A stretch of DNA of 64,000 nt from Flectonema sp. DT1601 (taxonomy: Eukaryota): contig OZ025801.1 of assembly GCA_964019425.1 (NCBI GenBank), forward strand, positions 1,178,001 to 1,242,000. The letters run 5' to 3'. Each line of letters begins with the position of its first letter. Positions within the stretch are counted from its first letter, which is position 1. Of the stretch, positions 1 to 10,118 are shown piece after piece. The position numbers were made by a program, and so were the translations under genes. Under the pieces are notes generated by a model. The model was not told the DNA's origin. It did not search any database and was given only the letters and a program-made list of their open reading frames with translations.

Positions 1-2
1 GG

Positions 3-2138
3 GGAGGAAAGAGACACCAGAATAGAAGTAAACTAAACATCGGAATAGGACTCTTAATGTTTTGGATTACTATCGCGTGGATGAATTGGCATCGCAGTTT
101 TGAAGTAATTGGGAAAGTTGAGAAACCGACTGACTTACAGAAAAGCAACAGCAGCAGCTCTGGAAAAAAGGCTGTGTGGATACAACCAGACGATACTACT
201 GATGATGATACTGATATTGGTTTTCTTAAAAATATGATGACAACAAACGGATTGACGTATAAGAAGCTAACTAGCGAAGATCAATGTTTTTATATCGCGA
301 GATACGCGTGTAAATCAACATTCTGGGGATCCATTCAAGGAGACACTACCATCAGAGTTGGTGAGGGAGAGAAATATAAACTCACGGTAGTCCCTTCACG
401 AAATGATTCATTCTACCTTTCAAAATGTAAATCAAATACATACCTCGTAATAGGTGAGGCAGGCATACCTCAATTCGTAGGAAACGGAAAGGGATCAGAG
501 CTTTCTATTTACGAGCAACCATTTGGTGTAGATGGCGGCTTAGTCATAGGCATGAGTGGTGACACTGTCAGAAGTATGGGAGTTGTCGCAAACATTTTCA
601 TCAGATACGTTGAGCACCACGATATTGCAACCAGACTTGATGCTGTTTGGAGTTTTATTAGTGTTAGTAAACCAGTTATGGAATATCCGAAATGGATTCA
701 TATTCTAAAAGGGTCTACACATAGAAAAGCGAATGTGACGACTAACGGACCTGGCTGTATAAGAAAGTTTCGAGGCTGCTGCTTCCTAAAACGGAAAGTA
801 CCAGCCATTAACATCCTTAACAAAGGCGACAGTGGAATCCCTAAAGGAATAGCTGCACTGGTAGTGAGTAGTTTAGTTACTCTCCCTCGTAGACTTTATC
901 TTTTAGAGAAGTCGCTCTTCAATAAGAAATCAATCGACGTTGTTATTACGACCGACTGTCACATTTCATTCTTACAAAGTCGTCTTGAAGGTAACGTTGC
1001 TGCCTGGCTCATCGGTCCTTCAGCACATTTCTTAAAGGATTTTATTGAAATCAACCTTCGAGTGACACTCAGCGTTCATTGGATGTTTAGAAATCTTCAC
1101 AAAGATTGGTATTTTATAGTTGACGATGATACGTTGGTCTTTGCTGATAACTTGAGATGGGTTTTGAGAGCTTTCCCAGACCCACAAGAACAATATTACT
1201 ACGTTGGTCATACAAGTGAATGGAATGAGAAGACAATGTACCATGGTGATATGCCTTTTGGAGGAGGTGGGATAGCAATCTCTGCGGCAATTAGAAATAA
1301 TTGGATTCAATTCTTCAGAAGAGAGAATCCATCAAGAGATTGGTTAGCATCTGGTCATTGGTCTCACAGTGGTGGTGATGGTGCTGTTTGTAGATTAACA
1401 TCGTGGGTGATGTCTAATCGAGGAGAGGATCGAATCTTTACTGAAGTTAGAGGATTTCATCAATTAGATATTCTTGGCAATCAGGGAATTGAAGATATTT
1501 TAAAAAAAGAATGTCCTCTTTGCCCATCCGAATTAGAGCAACCCGGGGCCTGGTTCGACGACGTTATTTCAGCTCAACCAGTAATCACTCTCCATCACAT
1601 GGGAGTGATCTCTAGAGGATCATTATTTCCAAACGTGTCTGGTGATGCGACTATCCCAAAACTGTTTTCTTCTTACAACTCCTTACCGAATCCTTTGTTG
1701 TTTCTACGTCGACATTGTTTTGAAATATCTGATTACACAACTTGTATTAATTTCGGCAGGTCTGTTCAGATCTACAAAGGAATCACTCCAGAGAAAGCAA
1801 TGTCTCCTTTAAAAAAAGAGTCAGCCGTCGGGAAGGACGCTCCTGAGAAGATGTTGAGAATGTCACTCGTTCAGGCGGTTGAATTATCACTTTTGGGAAC
1901 TACTTATTGGAACGAAAATTCAAACAAAAATCGACAAGAATACTCTGCGTCAGTTCTAACTCCTGATCAGACTTTCACAAAAGCGATTACGACTTTCTCA
2001 TCAAATGCCGTTGAGGTCTCGTTGCACTTCGCAGACAGTCCTGTAGCTACTGCGACGATAGATATTTCTCATTTGCTTTCTCCTTCAACAATCGCAATTA
2101 ATAATAAAGAATTTGATACCAAAAAGTACACACGCTAA
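3..2138 (+). CDS. Fringe-like/DUF604 beta-1,3-glycosyltransferase (GT31), paralog 1, probably 5'-partial
   Basis: The frame is open from base 3 (GGKRHQNRSKLNIGIGLLMFWITIAWM, a type II anchor). Motifs: DWYFIVDDDTLVF (DxD), YVGHTSE, FGGGGIAIS, GDGAVCR, GFHQLD, PVITLHH. Confidence 0.85.
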   Translation, partial: GGKRHQNRSKLNIGIGLLMFWITIAWMNWHRSFEVIGKVEKPTDLQKSNSSSSGKKAVWIQPDDTTDDDTDIGFLKNMMTTNGLTYKKLTSEDQCFYIARYACKSTFWGSIQGDTTIRVGEGEKYKLTVVPSRNDSFYLSKCKSNTYLVIGEAGIPQFVGNGKGSELSIYEQPFGVDGGLVIGMSGDTVRSMGVVANIFIRYVEHHDIATRLDAVWSFISVSKPVMEYPKWIHILKGSTHRKANVTTNGPGCIRKFRGCCFLKRKVPAINILNKGDSGIPKGIAALVVSSLVTLPRRLYLLEKSLFNKKSIDVVITTDCHISFLQSRLEGNVAAWLIGPSAHFLKDFIEINLRVTLSVHWMFRNLHKDWYFIVDDDTLVFADNLRWVLRAFPDPQEQYYYVGHTSEWNEKTMYHGDMPFGGGGIAISAAIRNNWIQFFRRENPSRDWLASGHWSHSGGDGAVCRLTSWVMSNRGEDRIFTEVRGFHQLDILGNQGIEDILKKECPLCPSELEQPGAWFDDVISAQPVITLHHMGVISRGSLFPNVSGDATIPKLFSSYNSLPNPLLFLRRHCFEISDYTTCINFGRSVQIYKGITPEKAMSPLKKESAVGKDAPEKMLRMSLVQAVELSLLGTTYWNENSNKNRQEYSASVLTPDQTFTKAITTFSSNAVEVSLHFADSPVATATIDISHLLSPSTIAINNKEFDTKKYTR

Positions 2139-2952
2139 CAGCAACACATGTCACTTCCGTCTCATCAAGTGCTGGAGAAGTGACAAACCGAAAATGATCC
2201 ATCGTCACCTCGAGTGGTATTGCTCAAATTGATTTTATTTGAAATTTCATCCTCCTGTGAAGTGGCGTACCTTTCCACAAGGAGTCTGTTCTTCAGTGTG
2301 AATGTGAAAGCTAACTTTTTTTTTTTTTTTTTTTGCGTTTTTGCAGTCAATTTACGAAAAACTAATTTATTTGTTTTCATTAATGTTGTTAGTCAACACA
2401 ACCTAACTACACCATCAGATCTTACGTTGTTTGTCTTTTTCGGTTAGTCGAATTTTTTTTTTTGTGTTTTTTAGTAATCTTGTTAATCACCTAATACGGT
2501 ATTTTATTTCGTGCGGTTATATTATTACCAAAACGAGAAAAAAAAAAAAAAAAAAAACATAAAAAAATTTTTTTTTTGACTGATATACTTTTCTGGAAAC
2601 TCTCGACTGATCTTTGGAATTAATCTCTGTTCGAAATGTTTGTTTTCTGGTCAGATGTGGTCCCCAAAGAGTTCACTGATAAACCAAAAAGAGAGCAGCG
2701 TTTTCTAATTAATGTAATACGGAAGCATCATTATAACATATTTTATTACTATCTACCTTTGCTTCTTTTTTTTTTCTTCTTTTCTTCTTTGCATTCATGA
2801 AGCCAAGGGTCGGTTGGCTCTTTGAGTTCCAAAGCAATAAAATAAAATAATATTTTTGGTATTTAATTCTTCAATTGGATTGGCAACAGAGACGCTCTTT
2901 AAACTTTTAAGAAATCTTTACGTGTTTTATCAGAACTCTCAAATACAAAAAA

Positions 2953-5073
2953 ATGAATGCGCGAATCGCGGTTGCAGTTCTCGGACTTCTCGCCTGCTTA
3001 TTTTACTTTTTAAACTACGGAGGATCGGCAGAACGGGTTCGGATAGTGACTGCGGAGCAAAGTGAAGCTGGCGGAGAAACAGTCGTAGCAGGAAAGGCAG
3101 AGGCTGACAAAGAAGAAGAATTTCGAAAGATTACTGTGAGTGACCGATCGTACAAGAATCTGATTGAATATAAATGTTTGAGAGTTCGATTAGACAACTG
3201 CCGCTCTTCAGAGTGGTCTTGTAGGCAGCCTTGCAGAAGAATAGAAGTCTTCAGCAACTTTGGTTCTGAATTAATTCGTGTCATCCCTGAAGAGGATGAA
3301 AATTCCATCTTTTATATTCAACGCTGCTCTGACCCGACAACGTTCTTTTGCGGTGATAAGAACGGAACCATTTACAGCTGTAATCACAATCCATCACGTC
3401 TAGCAGTCCACGTGATGATGAGCAAATCGAATTCGGTTGTCTTCGCAGTAGTTGATCGCAACGATAGGACGACTGTGAAACAGAATGTACTTCGAGTGTT
3501 TGAAAACAGTTTTCTAAAAGCAGGTCCAATGAACAACTTGTCTCGTCCACAAGCAGTATGGCAGTTTACTGAACACGATGACTTTTACAAATGGATCCAC
3601 AGACTAGCTCCAGTTCTGAAAGCACCTCCTGTTAATATTACGGTCGCCCCTACTTGTACTCAGGATCGTCACGGATGCTGCAATCCAAAGAAACTAAAAT
3701 TGGACATAAAGTTGGCTGACAAAGCAGAAGAAAAATTCTCAGTCGGAACACTCATTCTGTCCAGCAGAGCTACTCTGATGCCGAGAATGGAATCTTTAAT
3801 GAAATGGATGAGATCTAAAATTATTCGACCGATTCTGAACACCGACTGTTTCGTTGAAGAAGCTGTAGATCTCCTGGAAAATATAGTAATCGCCTGGATT
3901 GTCGGTCCCTCACTTCCTCCAATATTTGGTGATGATAAAAATGGAAAGGCTTATCGATTTAATGAACACGTTCTTCGAGCAACGATGGCTATCCATTGGA
4001 TGTATTCAGTTATGACTAAGGATTGGTATATTTGTGTTGATGATGACACTCTTATCTTTCCACTTAATCTAGCCAGGTTGCTTTCATCGCTACCCAAGCC
4101 AGCTGTCAAAGAGTACCTCGTCGGGCACGCTTCAGAGTTTGATATTAAAATTAAATTCCACGGCAACTATCCGTTCGGAGGTTCTGGTTTAGTTGTGTCG
4201 GGAGGACTCCGCAGGCTGTGGGTGAAGAAGTTCACTTCTGGCAATAAACAAGTTGAAACCTGGCTACCTTCTGGTCAGTGGAACCACCCTGGTGGTGACG
4301 GAGCGATATGTCGATTGATTGATTGGAGTATGAGATCATCACCTTCTGCTAATCACTCGTACTTTATTGACGTCAGAGGATTCCATCAGTACGACATTAT
4401 TGGAACTAAAAATATGAACAAACTTCTGAACAAAACATGTTCAACGACACCACCAACAGATGTCCAGGCAAAACTTTGGTTTGATGACTACATCAGTTCA
4501 CAACCCGTTTACACACTTCATCACATTATAAAGCTTGAGGATGGTGTTTTAATACCTGGCTTGACCAGCATGCAGGTGATCGACAGGCTGTACACAGCTT
4601 ATGATTCTCCTGCAGTCCCTCCCATCGTATTCCTCAGACGTGTGTGTGACACGGTTAAGATAAGAGGAACAGATTTCTATTTTTGTATTAACTTTGGATT
4701 GTCAATTCAATTTTTTACTCCAGCGATCGTCCTTCAGACGGGTGGTGACCTGAAATCTCTCACAAAGTTGTTGCACAAAACACCTGGAGAAGAAAGCCCT
4801 TTCAGCTACACCTGTTTAGAAGTTGTGAAGGGACCCCAGGCAGCGTTAGCTTCGACTATTTACATCTCTTCAGCTGATGATGATTACGAACGGTACGCCG
4901 ACCCAGTTCATGAAAAGCGTTCAGCGTCGGAGAAAATTCCGTTTGCAAACGCAGCTGAGGTCCACGTCAGGGGAGACGTTGCTGAAATCAAATTTTTATA
5001 CAAAGGTGGAGTCACTGACATTGCCACAAAGATTACTCACCTTCTAAACCCTGGAAGTATATCTCCACAATAG
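2953..5073 (+). CDS. Fringe-like/DUF604 glycosyltransferase (GT31), paralog 2
   Basis: N-terminal TM anchor. Motifs DWYICVDDDTLIF, LVGHASE, FGGSGLVVS, GDGAICR, GFHQYD, PVYTLHH. Confidence 0.85.
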   Translation: MNARIAVAVLGLLACLFYFLNYGGSAERVRIVTAEQSEAGGETVVAGKAEADKEEEFRKITVSDRSYKNLIEYKCLRVRLDNCRSSEWSCRQPCRRIEVFSNFGSELIRVIPEEDENSIFYIQRCSDPTTFFCGDKNGTIYSCNHNPSRLAVHVMMSKSNSVVFAVVDRNDRTTVKQNVLRVFENSFLKAGPMNNLSRPQAVWQFTEHDDFYKWIHRLAPVLKAPPVNITVAPTCTQDRHGCCNPKKLKLDIKLADKAEEKFSVGTLILSSRATLMPRMESLMKWMRSKIIRPILNTDCFVEEAVDLLENIVIAWIVGPSLPPIFGDDKNGKAYRFNEHVLRATMAIHWMYSVMTKDWYICVDDDTLIFPLNLARLLSSLPKPAVKEYLVGHASEFDIKIKFHGNYPFGGSGLVVSGGLRRLWVKKFTSGNKQVETWLPSGQWNHPGGDGAICRLIDWSMRSSPSANHSYFIDVRGFHQYDIIGTKNMNKLLNKTCSTTPPTDVQAKLWFDDYISSQPVYTLHHIIKLEDGVLIPGLTSMQVIDRLYTAYDSPAVPPIVFLRRVCDTVKIRGTDFYFCINFGLSIQFFTPAIVLQTGGDLKSLTKLLHKTPGEESPFSYTCLEVVKGPQAALASTIYISSADDDYERYADPVHEKRSASEKIPFANAAEVHVRGDVAEIKFLYKGGVTDIATKITHLLNPGSISPQ

Positions 5074-5410
5074 GTAACACAAGTTTACCGTGAACCTATC
5101 ATCTGTTAAGTCAGAGCTTTTTGTTATGTTTTGTTTCCGAGCTGATAATTTAGTTCTTAATTTTCTTGATTCTCTGTTTTCGCTTGGAGCCTATCTATTT
5201 GATTCTTTTTGTGAATGAGAACAATTACCTTTGTAAAGAATGGACCCGCAGGAATCTACGTTTCCCCATATTCTGCTGGGCATTCAAAATATTATGATCA
5301 CAAGGAGAATCATGTTTGGAGTTTCCAAACAGATCCTGACTCGTGTTTTCAGTTCCATTTGTGTGGTATCATTCCTTTCTATCTGTCTCCAGGGAAATCG
5401 AGTTGGTAAT

Positions 5411-7603
5411 ATGCCGAGAACGAGGCGTGCAGTGATGGCGATGGTGTTGCTAATCGTAGCGATAATGATGATGGAACCTTCAAAGAACGATCATCAGGTG
5501 GGCATTGGGCTGCATGAAGAAATATCGATTTCCAACAAGGAACTTGAAAACGAGGAAGAGAAAGCTCTTGAAGAAGTGTTTACTTTATGGAATTACGAGA
5601 CTACTCAACCTACTGAGGTAGCAGAAGAACAAGTTCCGACTGACAACAGAGAAATTTCACAAGAAGTTGATGTCAAGAGTGAGTTTGGAACTTCCTGTTT
5701 TCAAATTAGGAACTACGATTGCAGGAATTGCGATTGGGTTTGTGACAACTGTCCGAACAAAATTAGAAGCGGCGGGAAAATAGGTTTGAAGTTTCGATTT
5801 GAAGCTTCTGAAGATGATAATAAAAAGGTTCGGATTCAACACTGCAAAGACAAACACAAATACATTTCAGTAAATTGGGGAACGAGAAACCTAAGAATAT
5901 CTCCATCGGGAAGCATGTTTAAAATACTTCGATACAATGAACACCATCTAATTGAAACATCACTGATGAAGACTAACCCACCATATGCGATAGTACCAAT
6001 AGAAGATCCCTCAATGGCCGTCTGTGTCAAGGGTGGTATGTTTGTTGAAGTTCACAATGCTACAGCTTTAACAAATCTCGATGGTCTTTGGTCGTTTACA
6101 GACGCTGTTCAGGAGTTCCCTAAATTTGTTCATTCATTTAGAACCATAGCTGACCGAACAGCTGTCAAAAAATTCGAACCTGGCTGCATTTCACAACATA
6201 AAGGCTGCTGTTCCCCGAAACGATTCCACCCAAAACTCAATGAGCCTGTCACAACCTCTAAACCTGTTATCGCTGCCCTCCTCACTAGCAGTCGCAATAC
6301 TTTGAGGAAAAGAATGAAATTTATAAAGCGATGGTTGTTTGCTGGGGATTTCCAAGCAGTTGTGACAACGGACTGTTTCATGCCTTCGATGGTTCGAACG
6401 CTAGAAGAGTATGGAACCTTTGCATGGTTAGTTGGTCCTGTTGGTACTTCAATAAAAGGATTTAGTGAAGTATCTGCAAGAGTTCCACTATCGATACACT
6501 GGATGATGAGAAACATGGATCCTGATTGGTTTTTCGTTGTTGATGACGACACATTAGTTTTCACACATAATTTATTTTGGGGTCTCTCAGCTTTTCCAAG
6601 CCCCCGAAAAGTTCATTACTTAGTTGGTCACACTAGTGAGTGGTATCAGAAGACTGTTTACCATGGAGACATGCCTTATGGAGGTGGGGGTGTTGTAATT
6701 TCTTCGGCATTCAAATCCCTTTGGCTGAAGAAGTGGGGCGAAGTTGACAATCCGGCATCAAGCTGGATTCAGTCTGGAGAATGGAATCATTATGGAGGTG
6801 ATGGCGCTCTTTGTCGACTCCTAAGTTGGATCATGAGGGAGGAATATGGAGAGAAACGCATAGGATACTTTGCAGAAATCAGAGGCTTTCACCAGATGGA
6901 TCTTGTGACGTCGGATAAAATATTACAAACTGTTCGGAAGACTTGTCCTGTATGTCCGTCTGTTTTTAATCAAATCGGTCATTGGTTTGATGATGTCATT
7001 AGCAGTCAGCCGGTTATAACGCTTCACCATCTTGGTGCCGCACGACTTGGATCAATATTCCCTGGCGAACGTGGGGAACCTTCTATGGAAAACCTTCAAA
7101 ACTCGTACTTTCTACTTCACCCGTTTGTGTTTCTCAGACGTGTTTGCAGTGGTGTGCAGCATTCATTACTGAGACTCACACTTTGCGTAAATTTTGGTCG
7201 TTCGATCCAATTGTATGACTCGTCTGGTCTCTCCCCAGAAAAGGCAATGTCAGTACTTCAAAAGACTTCTATGAAGGGCAATAAAAAAGAGCAGGAGAAG
7301 GTTATTAATATGGCTCTCGGAAAGGCTGCACTCTCAGCACACATTGCAACAGTCTATGCAGTGCAAGAGGGAAGCAGCAAAGAGATGCAATTGTACCGTG
7401 CAAGCACCCTGCAACCAGCCCCAACACCCAGTAACTCCAACCCGTCGATTGTTGTGACCGCCACTGTAGGCTTCAAATTAGAAAGCCGTCCTGCCTTTGC
7501 ATGTGTGACTTTAAATTTTAATGACTCTTCCTCAGCTTTTCTTGAGATAGACATTTCTCATCTCCTGAAACCTGGTGTTCAATTGACCGAAGGAAAGGAG
7601 TAA
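5411..7603 (+). CDS. Fringe-like/DUF604 glycosyltransferase (GT31), paralog 3
   Basis: Motifs DWFFVVDDDTLVF, LVGHTSE, YGGGGVVIS, GFHQMD, PVITLHH. Start placed at the ATG at 5411 (MPRTRRAVMAMVLLIV anchor). The ORF is open from 5240. Confidence 0.83.
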   Translation: MPRTRRAVMAMVLLIVAIMMMEPSKNDHQVGIGLHEEISISNKELENEEEKALEEVFTLWNYETTQPTEVAEEQVPTDNREISQEVDVKSEFGTSCFQIRNYDCRNCDWVCDNCPNKIRSGGKIGLKFRFEASEDDNKKVRIQHCKDKHKYISVNWGTRNLRISPSGSMFKILRYNEHHLIETSLMKTNPPYAIVPIEDPSMAVCVKGGMFVEVHNATALTNLDGLWSFTDAVQEFPKFVHSFRTIADRTAVKKFEPGCISQHKGCCSPKRFHPKLNEPVTTSKPVIAALLTSSRNTLRKRMKFIKRWLFAGDFQAVVTTDCFMPSMVRTLEEYGTFAWLVGPVGTSIKGFSEVSARVPLSIHWMMRNMDPDWFFVVDDDTLVFTHNLFWGLSAFPSPRKVHYLVGHTSEWYQKTVYHGDMPYGGGGVVISSAFKSLWLKKWGEVDNPASSWIQSGEWNHYGGDGALCRLLSWIMREEYGEKRIGYFAEIRGFHQMDLVTSDKILQTVRKTCPVCPSVFNQIGHWFDDVISSQPVITLHHLGAARLGSIFPGERGEPSMENLQNSYFLLHPFVFLRRVCSGVQHSLLRLTLCVNFGRSIQLYDSSGLSPEKAMSVLQKTSMKGNKKEQEKVINMALGKAALSAHIATVYAVQEGSSKEMQLYRASTLQPAPTPSNSNPSIVVTATVGFKLESRPAFACVTLNFNDSSSAFLEIDISHLLKPGVQLTEGKE

Positions 7604-7857
7604 CGTACGCATATTATTGAACATTGAGTCTTAGGTCTTACAGTTCTCATGGTAGTTTCTGTGGTTGTGTGAGTTTAATGTCGACTAAATATTAAAAAAA
7701 GAGAGACGTTACGAAGTGTGAAAACTTAAAGTTGAGAATTATTTCGTAAAAGAATTTTGCTGCCTATTTTTTTCTTGCTAGCCAATAATTCATAATTCAC
7801 TTCGACACCAATCTTGAGGGTGTTGGAGAATAATAATCTCTGTCTGTCAGAAAAATA

Positions 7858-7928
7858 TGCGTAAACCGAGAATCGAACTCGGGCCGACCCCGTGGCGGGG
7901 GGCCATTCTACCACTAGACCATTTACGC
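7858..7928 (-). tRNA. trnG-GCC: tRNA-Gly(GCC), with C at position 33
   Basis: Reverse complement GCGTAAATGGTCTAGTGGTAGAATGGCCCCCCGCCACGGGGTCGGCCCGAGTTCGATTCTCGGTTTACGCA. Acceptor stem is perfect, A and B boxes are present, and an oligo-T run follows. Confidence 0.88.
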
Positions 7929-8007
7929 TCCAAAAATAGAATCGGGTTTTCCTTAATTTCTCCTTCAGGACTTTTCCTTGGAAAAGTTCAAAAAAAAACT
8001 ACAACTA

Positions 8008-9312
8008 CTGTATAAATATCACGGTGTATAAAAAAATCAGGCGGCGAAGACGAAGGGAGAACCACTAGAAGGGCAGGTGAAATCTGGGAGACCAACCATC
8101 TTAACCACTGATGAGGAAGCGGGTGCTCGATTTAATTGAGAATATCCGTGCCTATGGTGGCTGTGTGTTTGCTTCTCTTCTCTGGTTTCAAGCACAGGTG
8201 ATACGCCGGAACGCGTGGATTCCGGTACCCTACAAGTTCCTGGAACGGAAGGGTTGGATACCGTCTTGGAACCACTGTGAAAGTAGCGCCTGAAGCAGAA
8301 CTCCTATCAGCTCGGTCAAGGTTTCTAGAGCAATGACTCCAATCGGATCACCCTGGCCTCGCAGTATATGACCAGTTTAGGGGGCAGATAACTGAGGAAG
8401 TCCTTCGTCGATTTGAAGAAGCCAATATTATGGTTATACTGGTGCAAGGCGGATGGACTTCTCATCTCCGGCCGCTGGATCTAACTGTTGTGGCCAACTT
8501 CAAAGAAGCATCAAGCTTTCTTGGAGAGTGGATGGCAGAGCAGATGCGCAAGCGGGAGGAAAAGTTGAAAAAATCAAAGCAAAAAGCTGATAGAAACTTT
8601 AAAGCGCGCTCCGAAAGGGAAGGGTCCAAAAGGAGCTCCTGAATCCGAACCCATGTCAAAATGGATGAAGGAGCTCACAAAAACGAAGAACATTCGAGGG
8701 CCGCAAATTGGGTGGATAGTGACAGCCCTTGATAGCATTACGAAAAATACTATCATGGCTGGTTTTATAAAAGCAGGTATTGTCAATCCTGCAAATCCAC
8801 CCGAGCTCCTGAAGTCCGTAGTTGTGAACATGAGTTCATGTTTCTTAATACCGCACCTCATACCTCGGTGTATTACAACGATTGGAGAAGGGAACTCCTT
8901 AGTTGTAGTTGGCCTCGTCTAGACTGCATCACCAGCACTACCAAAGCTGCACTCCTGGCTGCTTTTAGGAATTTTGACATCATTCATTAAGACTGGTGTG
9001 CAACCAGCTACCAACAACGTTATTTGTGGATATGTTGTCCTGATATGTATCTGGAAGCAACCTCAACATTCAAGACATAGTTATCAATCCCCCACCAGGT
9101 TGGTCAGCCTGCAGAACTTTAACCAGTTCAAAATGTCGATAATTTAGTACTAAAGTCAAAAAAAAATTTTTTTTTTCTGGAATCCGAATTTTGCTAAGTG
9201 TTTTCTGTGAATGATTGTACTAAAAAAACCTTGGATATAATAAAGATGGTGGATTTGGCAATTTTTTGGAGATTTGGATACTTTTTATACATCATGATAT
9301 TTATAATTACGG
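8008..9312 (+). mobile_element. Decayed pogo/Tc1-mariner-superfamily DNA transposon
   Basis: Imperfect TIRs at 8008-8035 (CTGTATAAATATCACGGTGTATAAAAA) and 9282-9312 (rc CCGTAATTATAAATATCATGATGTATAAAAA), flanked by TA at 8006-7 and 9313-4. Internal transposase remnants. Confidence 0.75.
8111..8800 (+). pseudogene. Fragmented DDE_1 (pogo/Tigger-like) transposase
   Basis: Fragments in different frames: VILVQGGWTSHLRPLDLTVVANFK (the PxxxTSxLQPLD motif) and GWIVTALDSITKNTIMAGFIKAGI. Confidence 0.75.
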
Positions 9313-9330
9313 TATTTATTTATTTACTTA

Positions 9331-9589
9331 TTTTTTTTTTTGGGAACCTCCCTAGCTGTACTTTCAACTCCTGCTAAGTGAGTCGCCCTCTACCCTTTCT
9401 GTTGGTAGGTGAGTGAGCAAGGTGTGTACTTGGAAGGCGAGCAAGCTCTCAAAGTCCGGGGCCCGACCGTATGCCTTAGTGTCATTGACTTGGATTTTTG
9501 TAGATCCTACCCTGAAAGTTGCCTATGGCCGGACTCGAACCTGGGTCGACACACTACCCAGGGAGCTTCCATTAGACCACTTTCACCCC
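9331..9589 (-). mobile_element. tRNA-derived SINE-like element
   Basis: The minus strand begins GGGGTGAAAGTGGTCTAATGG (A box), has GGTTCGAGTCC (B box), no complete cloverleaf, and ends in A11. Both flanks read TTATTTTTTTT (possible TSD). Confidence 0.65.
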
Positions 9590-9687
9590 TTATTTTTTTT
9601 TTTTTTTTTTTTTTTTATTCCAACGGACTCAGGACAGTTGCGCTTGTTTTTACTTGTTTACTTTATCAAAAAATAAGAAGGGCAAGA

Positions 9688-9750
9688 ATGCTCAATGAAT
9701 GAAGAAAAATAAAGTGGAAAGACACGGGGGTATGTGACTAAATAAATAAA
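9688..9750. repeat. ~65-bp dispersed repeat, with an inverted copy at 62690-62753
   Basis: GAATGAAGAAAAATAAAGTGGAAAGACA..GGGG.ATGTGACTAAATAAATAAAA matches the reverse complement of 62690-62753. Confidence 0.75.
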
Positions 9751-10118
9751 ATAAATAAAAAAATATTTTTTATTTATTATTCTTTTTTTTTTTTTTCGGA
9801 AAAAATCAATCGATTTTTTCACTTTACTTATTTACTATTCCGTCACATATTTTTTTGTCTCTTTTTTTTTGCTTTCTCTTTTTAACTGGGCAAATCGCTC
9901 TTCTTATTATCATTTTAGGAAATTAAACAAAGAAACGAGTGCCCCTATTGGGAATCCGTTGAATGATCTCCACGGATTGGCAGCTCCCAAATCGAATTCA
10001 TTTTTATTCGATGATTATTTTTTCTCGATCAATTTTAAAATATTATCGACTTCTATGGTCACGTGTTTCTTTTATTGATTGACGTTCTTTATACCAGGGT
10101 GATCCAAGAAATGGGAGA

